A stretch of 64,000 nucleotides of DNA from contig CM068751.1 in assembly GCA_035084275.1 (NCBI GenBank), positions 3,968,001 to 4,032,000 of the forward strand. The letters run 5' to 3'. This DNA is from Hydrolagus colliei. Its lineage: Eukaryota. Within the stretch, counting starts at the first letter, position 1. Each line of letters opens with the position of its first letter. The notes under the pieces are model-generated. The model had not been told where the DNA came from. It saw nothing but the letters and a program-made list of their open reading frames with translations, and searched no databases. This document shows, piece by piece, positions 1 to 44,974 of the stretch. The position numbers and the translations under genes were made by a program.

Positions 1-196
1 AAAACCTGGCAGCCAATTGTGCACTGCAGAGTCCCACAAAGAGTTGTGGATTAAAGTAACCAATTTATTATTGGGGGGGTTTTCCTGGAGGGGTTATTAT
101 CAGGTGTGTGGAGGAAGAAAACTTGCCGAAGGTTTCACCCGGTCTGGATCGAACATAGGTTTCATTATAAGGTGAGTGCTCTAACCACTGAGCTAC
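1..196 (-). mobile_element. tRNA-derived SINE (5' part)
   Basis: Minus-strand A-box GTAGCTCAGTGGTTAGAGCAC, B-box GTTCGATCC, family body. Confidence 0.8.
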
Positions 197-204
197 AGGA
201 CTCC

Positions 205-341
205 GCATTGCTGTGTGCAAATTGGCTGCCATGTTTTGCCCACAAAACACAGTTAATCCACTTATAGTAGACCCTATGAAGTGCTTTGAGACATCTCAAC
301 GACATTATAAAGCACTATATAAAATACAAAGATTATCATTA
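205..341 (+). mobile_element. SINE 3' fragment
   Basis: Family body and tail: AATTGGCTGCC...GTGCTTTGAGAC...GATTATCATT. Confidence 0.7.
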
Positions 342-453
342 TAAAATAGGTGATCTCCACCCCCACGTAACTAACTTAAATGTGTATTTACTGGAGTTCA
401 AACTGGAGTGCTGGAGTTCAAACTAAGAAATACAGTAATTATCGTGATTACCA

Positions 454-787
454 TTGGGTCCGTCGATATGGAAATTTTCCGATATCGATATATCGGTTGG
501 CCCACATCAATATATACCGATATAACATTTTTTTTTGTCCTGCACATGCGCGCGCATTTGGAGGTGTGCGCGCATTCCAGTGTGCGCGCGCATTCAGATG
601 TCGACAAGGTAAGTTGAAAAAGTTTGCATTATACCGATATAACCGATATATCGCCGGACACGATATACCGATATTTGCGATATACCGATTTCTTTTCATA
701 TCGAATTTTTTGATATACCGATCTATTCAAATTTCCAATATCGGCATATCGATATGAAAAATTATACCGATATATCGCCGGACACTA
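454..787 (+). mobile_element. hAT-type MITE, copy 1
   Basis: TIRs TTGGGTCCGTCGATAT / ATATCGCCGGACACTA, near-perfect 8-bp TSD GATTACCA/GATTACCG, many ATATCG subterminal motifs. Confidence 0.85.
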
Positions 788-1181
788 GATTACCGATTGT
801 GCTGTATGTTGCTGATGTGATACACGATACATGAAATAAAGAATCGAGTTTACCATTGTGTTTGTTAAATTTTGCACAAATGATATTGTTTAGTCATACA
901 AAATGACACTTCAGACAGACAAACTGTACATACAGAAACAGAGCGCTTCTGTTCTGACACATATTGCTGTGTGTGGCAGTGCTCCAGAGCCCACAACACT
1001 AAAACTGCTGGAGTTTAACAACAAACACCGCGGCCAACTGTACAAAACTGAAAAAGGAACAACCACTTCTCCTGGGGGCAGATTCAGTCAGCGTTGACCG
1101 TGCGCTCAAGTTCCAGTTTAAACACTGTACATTGTCATTGGAGCATCTTTAGTAAAATCCATTCTTTTAATGTTTCCCTGT

Positions 1182-33485
<32,304 letters not shown>

Positions 33486-34637
33486 GATAATATAATTAAT
33501 TTAATAGATCTGTTGAAAAATACACAAGATTAGGTTTTTGTAGATACAAATTTATACAATTTGAATAGAAACACAATCATCTTTGGTACAATTAATCTAG
33601 TTGTTATAAATGTATTCATTATTGCTATCCCCGTTATGATCAACCACAATTCCTCAAATTCCTCCAAAAATTATCAGCCAGTAGTCATTTTCAAAGTGAT
33701 ATTGATTGTTGGGAGTGAAAACAATCACTTCTGCCCATCACACAAAGCAGACAATAGGAGCAAATATATTTTATAATAATCCATTAAACTGCATTTCACA
33801 GCTCTGAAGAAATTACTAAACACCTTAATGGTACAGAGTGTATAAATGTCTGCTGTTAGACCTTATTGTGGCACTGTCACAAAACATTTTCAATAGTATG
33901 AAATAAAGACTTGTTTTGTCAATGATCAACCACTATCTGTATTAAGCATGCATACTGATCTACAATTCACATCGTTATTCAACAGAAACCATTTTGAATT
34001 GGTACTGAGACATCCCATTAGGTTTAAGGCACTGCTATTATATGATTTTGCACTTTTGAAATAGGATGATAAACTAGGAGTATGCTAACCATCATCTGGA
34101 ATCTTCCAGCCCCCAATATAAAACTGCTATCATTACCCAGAGACAATAGAGCAATGCTTTATTTAAAACATTTCCAAATTGGAAATACAGCTGAGCAAAG
34201 AATATTTTCAAATTCAAACCAGGGTTACCCAACCCAGAATTGTGAGAATCACACCTCCAATTAAATGGGGCTGGCATTAGATTGAACACTGTTCTTTCAT
34301 TTCTGCAATAACCTTTTCCCCTGAATGACAGAAAGCTATTCAACCATGAGCTATCACAGCTGAAGCTGGTTGTAGCCTCGTGATATCCACAGAACAGATT
34401 TCTGGATAGCTATCACGAAAAAAAACTCTTGAGTATTTTCCCCTACACGACCAAAAGTGTAGCTCAGTGAACAAACTCAGCCATAGTACTTCGCCAGGTA
34501 GTGCTCAACTGGGTCCAAATGAAGGGAAATGGGATTAAAATACTTTCAAGAAATAAACTGCAGATCAGGCAGAGTTACTGCCCACATGGTCTACTCATGA
34601 TCCTCTGCAAGTGCAATTAAAAATTGATTTATGAATA

Positions 34638-34790
34638 CAGTAAAAGCCCGTTTATCTGTGACTCGATCAACCGGAACTTCCGTATAACCGGTAGGTACAA
34701 CAACAAAAAGTCCCCATCCGATTAACCGGATGTTATCCGGCACAATCGCGGTGGCGCATTTAATGAATCGATTGTCGCATGAGACTACTG
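34638..34790. mobile_element. Short Tc1/mariner-type MITE
   Basis: TA|CAGTA...TACTG|TA; similar to the ends of 56889-57553. Confidence 0.65.
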
Positions 34791-35488
34791 TACAGGTATT
34801 TCAGCTTGCCACTAGTAGAGCCTTAACGTCGCGCTGCAGTTTTTTTCCCTTGCATGGCGTCTGCCATTGCAGAAGTTATCAATAGACTGTACACCTCTAC
34901 CTACTCCAGGATCCTGGCTTCAAACCAGGCATCTACCAGCAAAGGTGATTTTTAGGTGAATAACAAAGGTCTGTTATTATCTGTTATTAATTAGTCGATT
35001 AATAATATAGTATGTGTTAAAATAAGATTTTACTGTACCAATGATTTTTCTCTCTCTCCCTCTCTGTATTTCCTCAATCGTAACCCACATAGAATTCAAA
35101 CCACAAACGGAACTTCAGATAAAAATTTAGAAATCTAAATACTAAATGCTCGGGAGTGGGGACAAAAGAGAATCTTTAAATATCGAAATTGAAAATATCA
35201 TAAAGATGTACACAAACATAGTACACAAATCAGTAAACCCCAACTACTGTATACAAAGCACATATGATTTGTATACAGTAGCCAGGGTTTGTATGCTTCA
35301 CTACAATATTTTCTGCAATTCTGGGCATTCTTACACACACATTTTGAATCTTTAACGAAAGCTTCGTCAGGAGGCTGTCACTGACCACTACTGGTAGACT
35401 GGAAACAGCCCTGTTACTCCCTAGATCTTCAGCTATATATGAACCCCTTTGGATAAAGCATTTCCCACGTATAACACAATATCCATCA

Positions 35489-36037
35489 CAGGTAAACCCT
35501 GCTTAACGTCGTAGTTTGGTTCTTGAAAAGGTTGACTTTAAGCAAAACGACGTTAAGCGAATACATTTGTCCCATAAGAATGAATGTATAAACTGGAGTT
35601 AGGTTCTTTTTGGACATTTTTAGTCAACATTGCCTTAAAAAAACATTATACAGTACTCTCTCCGACTGCCTGCCTGGCTCACTCACTCACCGATTACCTC
35701 ACTCACTCGAATCCAGTCTCACTCACTCGCTGCCAGCTGCCTAGTCTCACTTGCTGCCAGTCTGGCTGGTCTCACTTGCTGCCAGTCTGGCTGGTCTCAC
35801 TCGCTGCTGGTCTCACTTGTCGCCAACTTGGCTGACTCTCAGCCTGCTTGTCACTTTCTTGGTGGGCATGCCCTAGCGCCTTTGTGTCACTCTCCTCATG
35901 GGTAGGCCTAGCGTCGCCATTCCCCCTTTCCACCCACTGGTGAACGACGTAATAGCAAACCTCACAACGTTAAATGAATATATGTTGCCAATGTATCAGC
36001 AACATAATAATGAAAGAACGTTAACCGGGGCAATAGT
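35489..36037. mobile_element. Degenerate Tigger-like MITE
   Basis: Left end CAGGTAAACCCTGCTTAACGTC, repeated ACGTTAA motifs at both ends; right end approximate. Confidence 0.5.
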
Positions 36038-38087
36038 CCCTTTGCCTCGCTCCCTCCCTCGCCTCCTTCATGGTCGGTCTCAAGACCCTGCTCTTCGCTT
36101 GTGCCTTCTGCTGCTCTCCCAACTCTCTCCTTCCCTTCCTAACTCTCTCGCGTCCCTCCCCCCCTACCCTGCCCCTCTCCCTTGCTCAGGTCCCGACCTG
36201 ACTGTTCAGCACTTTGGGACATCCTCTCGACGTCAAAGGCTCTCTATAAATGTAATTTTATTATTGTTGTTGTAAGTGCAACTTGTCTAGTATGTTTAAA
36301 TTTAGTTTGTGACTGTATACAAAACAAAAATTTTGTCATGGAACTCTTAACGGTAATCATTTCGTTCAACTCAAGATTTAACTGTAAGTCTCTATGTGGC
36401 TTACGGTAAAAAAGATACATACAGATTTATTTGATCACAATAACATGGTGAAGTCCCATGTAAATAATAATAAACTTTGTATTTGATATAGCGCCACATC
36501 ATGTTTTTGAGATTTCTTAACGTGCTTCACAGAACATACTGTAAGGTGAATTGACTATATTTTATGGGCAATAGAACCAAGTACAGTAAAAGGTAGAGAA
36601 GCCTTTACGAACAAAGTTCAAAGCACATCTGGAAAAGGGCATTGATTATAATACAAAACCGTTTGTAGTTTGACAGTTTAACCGGTTTGCTGGAATTTTC
36701 TTCTATTGCTAACTAAGAAAAACACATTCTTAAAAATTATTTTAAAATTAAATATATACTATATACTTAAAATACTATATATAATACATATGACTCAATT
36801 TTGTTTAGGTCAGCCAGGTATCTGACCATAACACATATGGAAACTAATCACCATTCTTCAGAATATCCAAACTGCATTCAAATTTGGATTTGGCTGGAAG
36901 GCAGCTATACACAAGTCAGATCCAAAAGTGTTCTATATATGTATTCCACCTACACGTAGAAATTTCCATTCTAGAATGAAATGAACATTCTCATGGAGAG
37001 ATGCACTGGTTCACCTACAAATTACCATGGCGAAAGCCAAGACTGGGAACCGTAGAGTGTTTGCTGGGATAATGCTGGCGTTTTACCAGCTAAAACTGCT
37101 TTGCTTGCCAATGCAGGACTGTCAGTTTAAATAATAATAATCCTTTCATTTGATATCCTTGCATTTGCCTTGCTGTGCGTGATTAGCTGCCGCATTTCGC
37201 ACACAAATATAGTAATTTTACTTTACAGTATATTCTGTGAAGCGCTTTTTTGATATGCCTAGATGTGAAAAGCACTATATCAAATGCAAAGATTATTATT
37301 ATTATTATATAGCACCTTATCACATTGTCAAGACTTCTGAATGTACTTCACAGGATATAGTGTAAAGTGGTGTGACTGAGGGTATTGTAGGTGAATGCAG
37401 CAGTCAATTTGTGTACAGATATTTGTATCCCACAAATAGCTATGGAATGAATGCCCAAGCTTATTTGGGGCATTGGTTGACCAGGAAAAGAGGAGAAATT
37501 TCCATCTCTTTTCAAATAATGCCATGAGATATTTAAAGTGCGCCTGAGCAGGGACTTCGAACAACAGAGCCTAACCTCAGCACTATACTGGATTGTCAAC
37601 ATAGATTGTGTGAGCTCCGATTCCCAATGTGGGACTTAAACCCACAATGTCTGACTCAAGCAAGATGTTGTTGATGAAGCCCTGGAAATTAGGAAGATTC
37701 TGCAAATAAGGAACGAGGAGTGCAGATACTCAATCTGCACCATATAAGTGGTTCAATTGAAAGAGAGCAGATATAATTGACTGATGCCCCGAGGAAATAT
37801 CACTCAGGATACACAGTTGGATCATCGCCCATTAATCCCCCGTGACGAAGATTGCATATCAAGTAAAAGTAGGATCATGCCATAACAAGTGCAACACAGA
37901 AGACATTCTCCTTGGCCTCGCACCGACTCTTGTTACTTCTGGCTTTAGTCTTCCCACATTTCTCTCCAATCCATTATATCAGTGTGCGATTTGGGAATTC
38001 AGTTCAACCTTCAGCTCTACTTCCTCCCTCTGTACCTGACCCAAACCACTTTGGATCTTCATCAAACCACCCACTTCCAAACTTATA

Positions 38088-38679
38088 CAGGTACCCCGCC
38101 CCAACTACACCCTTGACAACAGCGAAACTCACGCATCCAGTTTGCTAAATGCGACAACCCTTGTTAACCATTCAATGGTTATTGCTTAACCTTTGCAATG
38201 GCGCTAGGACCCAGTTGCATCAACCATCTTTGCGCTAGCGTCTGGCGCTAGACCCAGTTGCGATGTCGCAATCAATCACCGAGATGTCGCTTCTCTCTTA
38301 GGATTAAGGTAAATCTCCGTTGATTTCTTTCTCTCTGTGTCTGCAGATCCTGGCAGCCAATGCTCCCAAACATGTCACCCACCACATTACCTTCTCTTTC
38401 TCTCTCTCTCTCTGTCTGTGTCTGTGTGTAGATCAGTCAGTCAGTCAGACAGCCTCGCGGATTGCTGCAGATACTGGCAGCCCATGTGCCCAAACTTACT
38501 CCCCCTATCCCCATGTATGTTATAACTGTGTATGTTTTTTTTTGTGTTTAGTTCTACGAAACGCAAACTTACTCCCCCTATCCCCATGTTTCCCATAGGG
38601 CCCAGTATTTTCCAACAGCGGTTTTACTAACGCGGAGGTTTTCAGGAACGTATCCCCCATGGTTGGGGAGGGTTACCTG
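38088..38679. mobile_element. Tigger-like MITE
   Basis: Ends CAGGTACCCCGCCCCAAC / GTTGGGGAGGGTTACCTG, TA on both sides. Confidence 0.75.
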
Positions 38680-39034
38680 TAATAATAATAATAATCCTTG
38701 CATTTGATATAGCTTTTTTCAAGTCTTTTAGACATCACAAAGTGCTTCACAGAATATAATAATAATCCTTGCATTTTATATATCTCTTTTCATGTCTTCT
38801 AGACATCCCAATACTGTAAAGTGAATTGACTGTATATTTGTGGGTGAAACGTGGCCAATTGCGCACAGTAGTGTCCCACACAGTTAAGGATTTAAATTAC
38901 TAATTTATGAGGTTTTTTTTTGACGGATTATTATTAGGCATGCGGTGTAAGGAAACTTGCCTGCTTTGCCCTGCCTGGATTCAAATTCAGACCTCAAGTT
39001 TGTAAGGCGAGTGTGCTCTAACCACTGAGCTATA
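38680..39034 (-). mobile_element. Full-length tRNA-derived SINE with duplicated tail
   Basis: A/B-box head near 39034, body, and two tail segments. Confidence 0.8.
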
Positions 39035-39321
39035 AGTCTCCACAGGCCTATCTCAGGCCTAATGCTGCAAGGGCTCTCATTTGTAACCTTTTCACCCACT
39101 GTCTATACTTTTCAAATACCCTCCATGCCAGCCTTTCCAAGTCCATTTCTTGATGTGTTCGAGCCTGCTATGCATTCGTTAACCTCTACTTCCCTTCTTC
39201 AGGCATTATGCCCCCACCTATTGGAACTCTGTCTCTTAACTCCTACAGCCAGGGAAGTGGGGATTGTTATAGCCAGGGAAGCAGTGGGGTATCATAGCCA
39301 GGGAAGCAGGGGAGCTGTCCC

Positions 39322-39525
39322 GTAGCTCAGTGGTTACAGCACTCGCCTTACAAGCAGGAGGAATATCAATTCCCAGCAGATCAAGGTGAAACCTTGGGCA
39401 AGTTTTCTTACTCCACAAGCTCGATAATAATCCCTCAAAAAAAAATTGGTCACTCCATCCCCAACTGTTTGTAGGACTCTGCTGGGTGCAATTGGATGCT
39501 GAGTTTCACCCACATATATACAGTA
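39322..39525 (+). mobile_element. tRNA-derived SINE (3' truncated)
   Basis: GTAGCTCAGTGGTTACAGCACTCGCCTTACAA...GGTGAAACCTTGGGCAAG. Confidence 0.8.
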
Positions 39526-40084
39526 TATAACTATATATAACTCATTAAGAAATTAATCTTGATAACAGCAGCTAAAACACAATATTTTTAAAACTTTCTT
39601 GGGCAGGTCTCTTCAAAATTTGTTTATTTTACGAGTTATGCAGCTTGACATTCTTAGTAAAAGTAAATAATTGGAAGCTCCAAAAAATTATCCTGTCTCA
39701 GTTGAGGCAATTAGTAATGTTCTAGGTCAAAAATTCAAAAGTTGTCAATGGTAGAATATGGTGATCTAGACAGGCAAAAGCAATACATCCAAATTTGGAT
39801 TTGCCTGGAAGTTAGCCGTACACAAGACAGTTAAGACAAGGAAAACAGGGGTTTAAAACATTGTACACCTCACAAGTACAGAAACTTATTACTTAGGTGC
39901 TAATAATCTGTTATATATGTGATAAGAGACAACTTATAATGAAACCTTTGCATGCAACATGGATTTTCCACGATTGACTGAACTTGTATTTTGACTTAAA
40001 AAGGGTAGCATTCTCTATGCGTTACCTAAACCAGTTTGGAGCATAACTCTGCTTTTGTTTTTTTTGTTAACTAATAAAATAATA

Positions 40085-40480
40085 ATCCTTGTATTTGATA
40101 TAAGCGCCTTCCATGTCAGGAGCACGTCTCAAAGTATTTCACAAGACGTGTCAAACATTACTATAAAGATGGTGTACTCTGTAGTCAAATGTGGCAAGCA
40201 GTTTGCACACAGCATTTCTCCCAAATAGCCAATGCATTCCATTGTTGGCCAAAATTCTCTTCTTTTTTAAAACAGTGCCACGGGAACTTTGTTGTGCACC
40301 TGCACTTCGATTAAACATCTCATCCAAAGGAAGGCATCTCAAACAATGTAGTCCATCTCTACTGCAAGGATGCACTGTGTTGGAATGCCAGCCTCGACTA
40401 TGCAAGTTTAAGGTGCTGATATGGGGCTTGAATCCACAATATTCTGGGTACAGTAGTACAGTACTATCAACTTTTCCAGA
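40085..40480 (-). mobile_element. Old DeuSINE/SacSINE1-like element (related remnant at ~37490-37660)
   Basis: Degenerate CAGTGCCACGGGA..CACCTG..CATCTCATCCAAAGGAAGGCA..GGGGCTTGAATCCACAA resembles the Deu-domain SINE consensus as recalled. Confidence 0.5.
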
Positions 40481-40999
40481 TGGATGCACAATAACTTCCA
40501 CTCAAAATGTTCAGTACTGTTTGAAATAGATCAATGTAACATTTGTTCTAGTTACACTGGTTATTAACCTCCAACATAACATGAAATGTATCATATAATT
40601 TTAAAATATATTTTAATGGAACCAGTTTTCCAGCTCTAGCTCTACCTTATTTTGTGGCTAAAAGCAGAGAAAGTCTAATTAATGGAAACAGACCAATATT
40701 GTTTAGGACTAGTCGCTATATTCTTGAAAATAACGATGTCTGGTATCAAACGTTTTTTTTCAAAATGGTTTCATTCCCGCACATACCCCACCCGGCCAAC
40801 GTGTTTCCCTCCCAGTCGTTATGAGACACCGCCCCCCACTCCGGCCTTATAGGATGTTTCTCTTTCTCTCTCCCCCCTCCCCCACGGCTGTCAACATCAG
40901 CAAAATGTTCAAAACGTGAATCATATTCTTAAACCACTTAAGGGTATTCATTTTAAAGCGATACTTTTATATATGTGTGTGTGTGTATAAATATACACA

Positions 41000-41600
41000 T
41001 ATACTTAAAACAACTAAAACGAGTGAGGATTTTACAAATCTGCCCGAGTCTCTTTACCCGGCCCAGTGGGGCCTGATCGCGCCCTCTCTTCCCTCCGCAG
41101 CACCGTTCTCTCTCTCTCTCTCTCTCTCCCCGGGACTGCCCTGCCTAGAAAGTCACGACTCTTCCTTTCTCCGGGCAGTGTCTGACCACCCCCCCCAATT
41201 CCCAGCTCTGTTTTCCCTCCTGCTCCAAAGCGAAGGAAAGCTCTTTCTCCCGGAGCCAGATACGGTTCCCTCCCCGGACATGCCAGCAAAATGGCGGCGA
41301 CCAGATTGCACTGCGCCATAGCGCTCCCGCGAGCCCGTGTGCTTGAGGGGAGTGGGCCAGCGGGGCCGAGCCGAGTGGGTGAGGGCGGCTGACTTACTGC
41401 AGTCCGGCTATGGGCGGGCCGTCCCCGTCGCGGTGTCGGTTCTACCGCTGCTCTTTTTCTTCTGGTTCCTTCAGGCCTCGCGTCTCCTCGCTGCCGCCAT
41501 CTTCCACAAACAGCTCCGCCGCGCCGGAACTGACGTCGATAGGCCCCGCTCGCTGAGGTCGCTCCCGGCGGCGCCGGCCCTGCGCGTGCGCACCTTCTCT
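41000..41600 (-). promoter_or_regulatory. WDR33 CpG-island promoter
   Basis: CpG-rich; YY1-type GCCGCCATCTT at 41493-41503 and AAAATGGCGGC near 41290; ETS/CRE-like CCGGAAC-TGACGTCG at 41524-41538. Confidence 0.75.
41398..41520 (-). other. WDR33: WDR33 non-coding exon 1 (5' boundary approximate)
   Basis: Lies in a CpG island; minus-strand donor GCA|GTAAGT at 41397. The next exon has an acceptor 24 nt upstream of the ATG, so an upstream exon is required. Confidence 0.7.
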
Positions 41601-41659
41601 CTTTTGGAGTAAGGGGGGGGTGGTATGGGAGACGGGTCAGTTTCACAATCCACAATAAA

Positions 41660-41835
41660 TAATAATACTTGCATTTGATATAGCGATTCATCACGTCTTC
41701 AAGACGCCTCAAGGCACTTCACAGAATGTCCTGTAAAGTGACGACTATATTTTGGGGGTAAAACACAGCAGTCAGTTGCGCACAGTGGTGTCCCACGAAC
41801 AGTTGTGAATTGAAGTGAGCAATTTTTAAACCGTT
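41660..41835 (-). mobile_element. SINE 3' part just upstream of the WDR33 promoter
   Basis: Reverse complement of the family tail and body. Confidence 0.75.
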
Positions 41836-42315
41836 ATTTAACTTCTCCCTGACCGGGGGCAGGGAATCCTCCCACTCAGCTGCTAACCCTGCAAGCCAAC
41901 GCCCTAGCGGGTTGGGCAGTGGTACTAGCTGAACAAGCAGTGGGAAAGCTTGCCACACAGTGCTATCAATGGCAAGCTATGTGCCCAAATGCACTATCTG
42001 GCCATCCCCAAACCTTGGCTCCTGCAATTTCCACCTAACGCTTTTCAGAATGAAGTAAGCAAGATGCATCCCTCTGGGAGAGAGTGCATTTCATTCCAAC
42101 AATCTATCTCTAGAACTTGCATGTATAGTTGGGATGCATGGAAATCTCAATTTGGTTTGGATACTCTGAAGCATGGTGAGAGGTTTCCACACGTGTCACA
42201 TACCCAGCTGATCAAAAAATAAATTTTAAAATCTTTGAAACTTTGAAGAGAAATGTGATCAATAAAAACAGCTAAAACTGAATATTAAAAATAATCCCTG
42301 TATTTGATACAGAAC

Positions 42316-42379
42316 TTTATTACAACAAAACATTTCAAAACATTGCATAATTGTTGCACAAACTTTTACCAACTTTATT
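42316..42379 (-). terminator. Candidate POLR2D polyadenylation signals
   Basis: Two minus-strand AATAAA (42374-42379, 42316-42321) about 1 kb past the stop; a proximal ATTAAA near 43020. Confidence 0.5.
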
Positions 42380-43335
42380 CCTTGACGATATCACACACCA
42401 TTATCAACTATGGAAACTGGATCAAACTACAATAAAACAAGATCTAAAGATTGAGATGCATTAGTTTGAGATGCTAATAGGAAAACGGTGAGGTGACAAG
42501 AGAAAAATGACAAAAATACAGGGATGGACTTTTCCAGATGCCTCAGCAAGTGCCAATTTCTAGTCTGTGGGTCTAGGCAATCAGTGTTACCACGTTATTC
42601 AAAAGTGGATTGTATGACAGCTGATGGTGCCCCTATATTTACCTTAGTTTGCCATTAAAGACATTAGCAAATGCATTTTCCAGCCAGTTGCTGAAATAAT
42701 CTACCTTTGATCACCTTCCTTGACTTGGGCTTGACATGATATGCATTTTTACACAGCCACGATCAAGAACAGTCTGCACTGTGTAAGAGTTCCCTGCACC
42801 TTTTACTCATTAGATCTTAGGGTAACAACAACAACAAAATTATAAAGCACCTTTCACTTGGGGAGGACATCACAAGGCGCTGGTATGGCCCCTGAATTTT
42901 TTTTCTAAAATATTCTTCGGTGATTTTGCATAGATTTAAACTAGAGGTATAAGAGACTGTCTCCATTGTTTTCAACTCTTACATCACTGTTTCAGAGCTA
43001 TTCAGAATGACTTTCATACTTTAATTAAACAAAAAAGACCATCGCCTTTTTAGGGTTGAATTTGTGTCCCCAACTTGCAAATGGTTAAATGTACAAGATA
43101 TAAAAATATGCAAATATCATAGTTTGACATCATGATAAACAAAATACAACATTTTCTCTTAAAAAAAACACAGGAAATTCTGAAGTGTCCATATATTCTG
43201 GAAGCCTTGGAAATGTTATCCCGCATAATGTCCATACTCAAAGGTAATTCAGAATATTTCCCATTGCATTGACGATAGATAAGAATTGGGTTCAATTTCA
43301 TAGCTTCTGCATCTCCACTCTTTAACCAGTCCCCT

Positions 43336-43446
<111 letters not shown>

Positions 43447-43617
43447 TCAGATGATGGGACAAATAACTAAAGCAACTATTTTTTGATGCTGAAGTGGAAG
43501 AGTTGCATTGCTGATTAGTGCAACTCCCCTTCAAATACCAGAGAAAAAAGAACACACCATTATGCTTTGAGAATAATGCTAAATACATATATCAATAGTA
43601 GCACAAGGGTGAAATTA

Positions 43618-43821
<204 letters not shown>

Positions 43822-43854
43822 TTACAACTTACACCTAAATTACACGTACACACG

Positions 43855-44116
43855 TGTTCGAATCCAGGCAGATCAGGGTGAAACCTTGGGCAAATTCCCT
43901 TACTTCACATGCCTAATAATAATCCGTCCAAAAACAAACCCACCGTAATAAAAATTGATCATTTCAATCCACGAGTTTGTGGGACACTGCTGTGTGCAAT
44001 TGACTGCCACGTTTCGCCCACAAATATACAGTCAATTCACTTTACACTATATTCTGTGAATCGCTTTGAGACGTCGATAAGATGTGAAAAGTGCTGTATC
44101 AAACGCAAGGATTATT
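43855..44116 (+). mobile_element. SINE in POLR2D intron 2
   Basis: B-box GTTCGAATCC, body, tail GCAAGGATTATT. Confidence 0.85.
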
Positions 44117-44793
44117 TTTCAGCACCTTGGGACATCCTCCCAACATGAAAGGCGCTCTATAAATATAATTTGGTTGTTGTTCCTGCAAAAGTAAACCCAA
44201 ACACACTCGCCTTTTCCTTACATTTAGAAGAAAATCAACAACGTTGCATTTATATACCCTCTCCTGCATAATATCCCAGAGCACATAATCAATTAAAATC
44301 ACTCTGAATTTCCAAGCAAGCATCAATTTCCAGATGTGCATAGCTGAGTTTCACACAAGGCAGTGACGTTACCAACCAAACCTTTGAGAAGCCCTTCCAC
44401 TAAACTAACCCAAACATCCCGGTTTACTGTGCCAGTCACATAATCTCTCATCCAGCTAGTTATGGTAAAACAACAAAGATTCTCTTTAGAGTACTCCAGA
44501 TTAAGCCTTTCAAAGTAATGGCGTGAGCACCTATTTTAGACATTCGCCAACATTTAATTGATGAGGCAGGAAGTAATCAGTTTCTTGGCTCTGCCAATAT
44601 TACACCGAAACAGACATTTCGAATCACTGGGTTTTATCCCCAACCCAATGGAAATTAAATGGTGACAGTTATATGTCCTTGATTGTTCCAGTCCCACTAG
44701 GTAGTTTGCATCAATCCATAATAAACTAAATGTCTCAGAAACACTGGGGACTTCCAGGCAAATTAAACATTGTTCTTCCCCACCAGCACTGAC

Positions 44794-44974
44794 CTCCTGA
44801 CACTAGCGATGGTTTCTCTGTTTTTGAAACGACTAAATCTGGCCGTGTAGTTTAATGTTTTCATGAAAACCTCCGACAGTTCCTGTTCATCTTCTGCACT
44901 CTCGTTCTGCTGTTTTCTGTGTTCCAACAACATATGGACCTCAGAGTTCAGCAGCGTCTCAGAGTTTTCAAATT
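44794..44974 (-). CDS. POLR2D: POLR2D exon 2 (181 nt)
   Basis: [59 protein letters not shown]. Confidence 0.97.

Noticed and set aside
39322-39390. tRNA-like sequence, also at ~130-196 and ~38970-39034
   Set aside because: These are SINE heads continuing into the SINE body; no complete cloverleaf.
41032-41712. 226-aa minus-strand ORF
   Set aside because: Starts in a SINE and crosses the GC-rich WDR33 promoter; open by composition, no recognisable domain.
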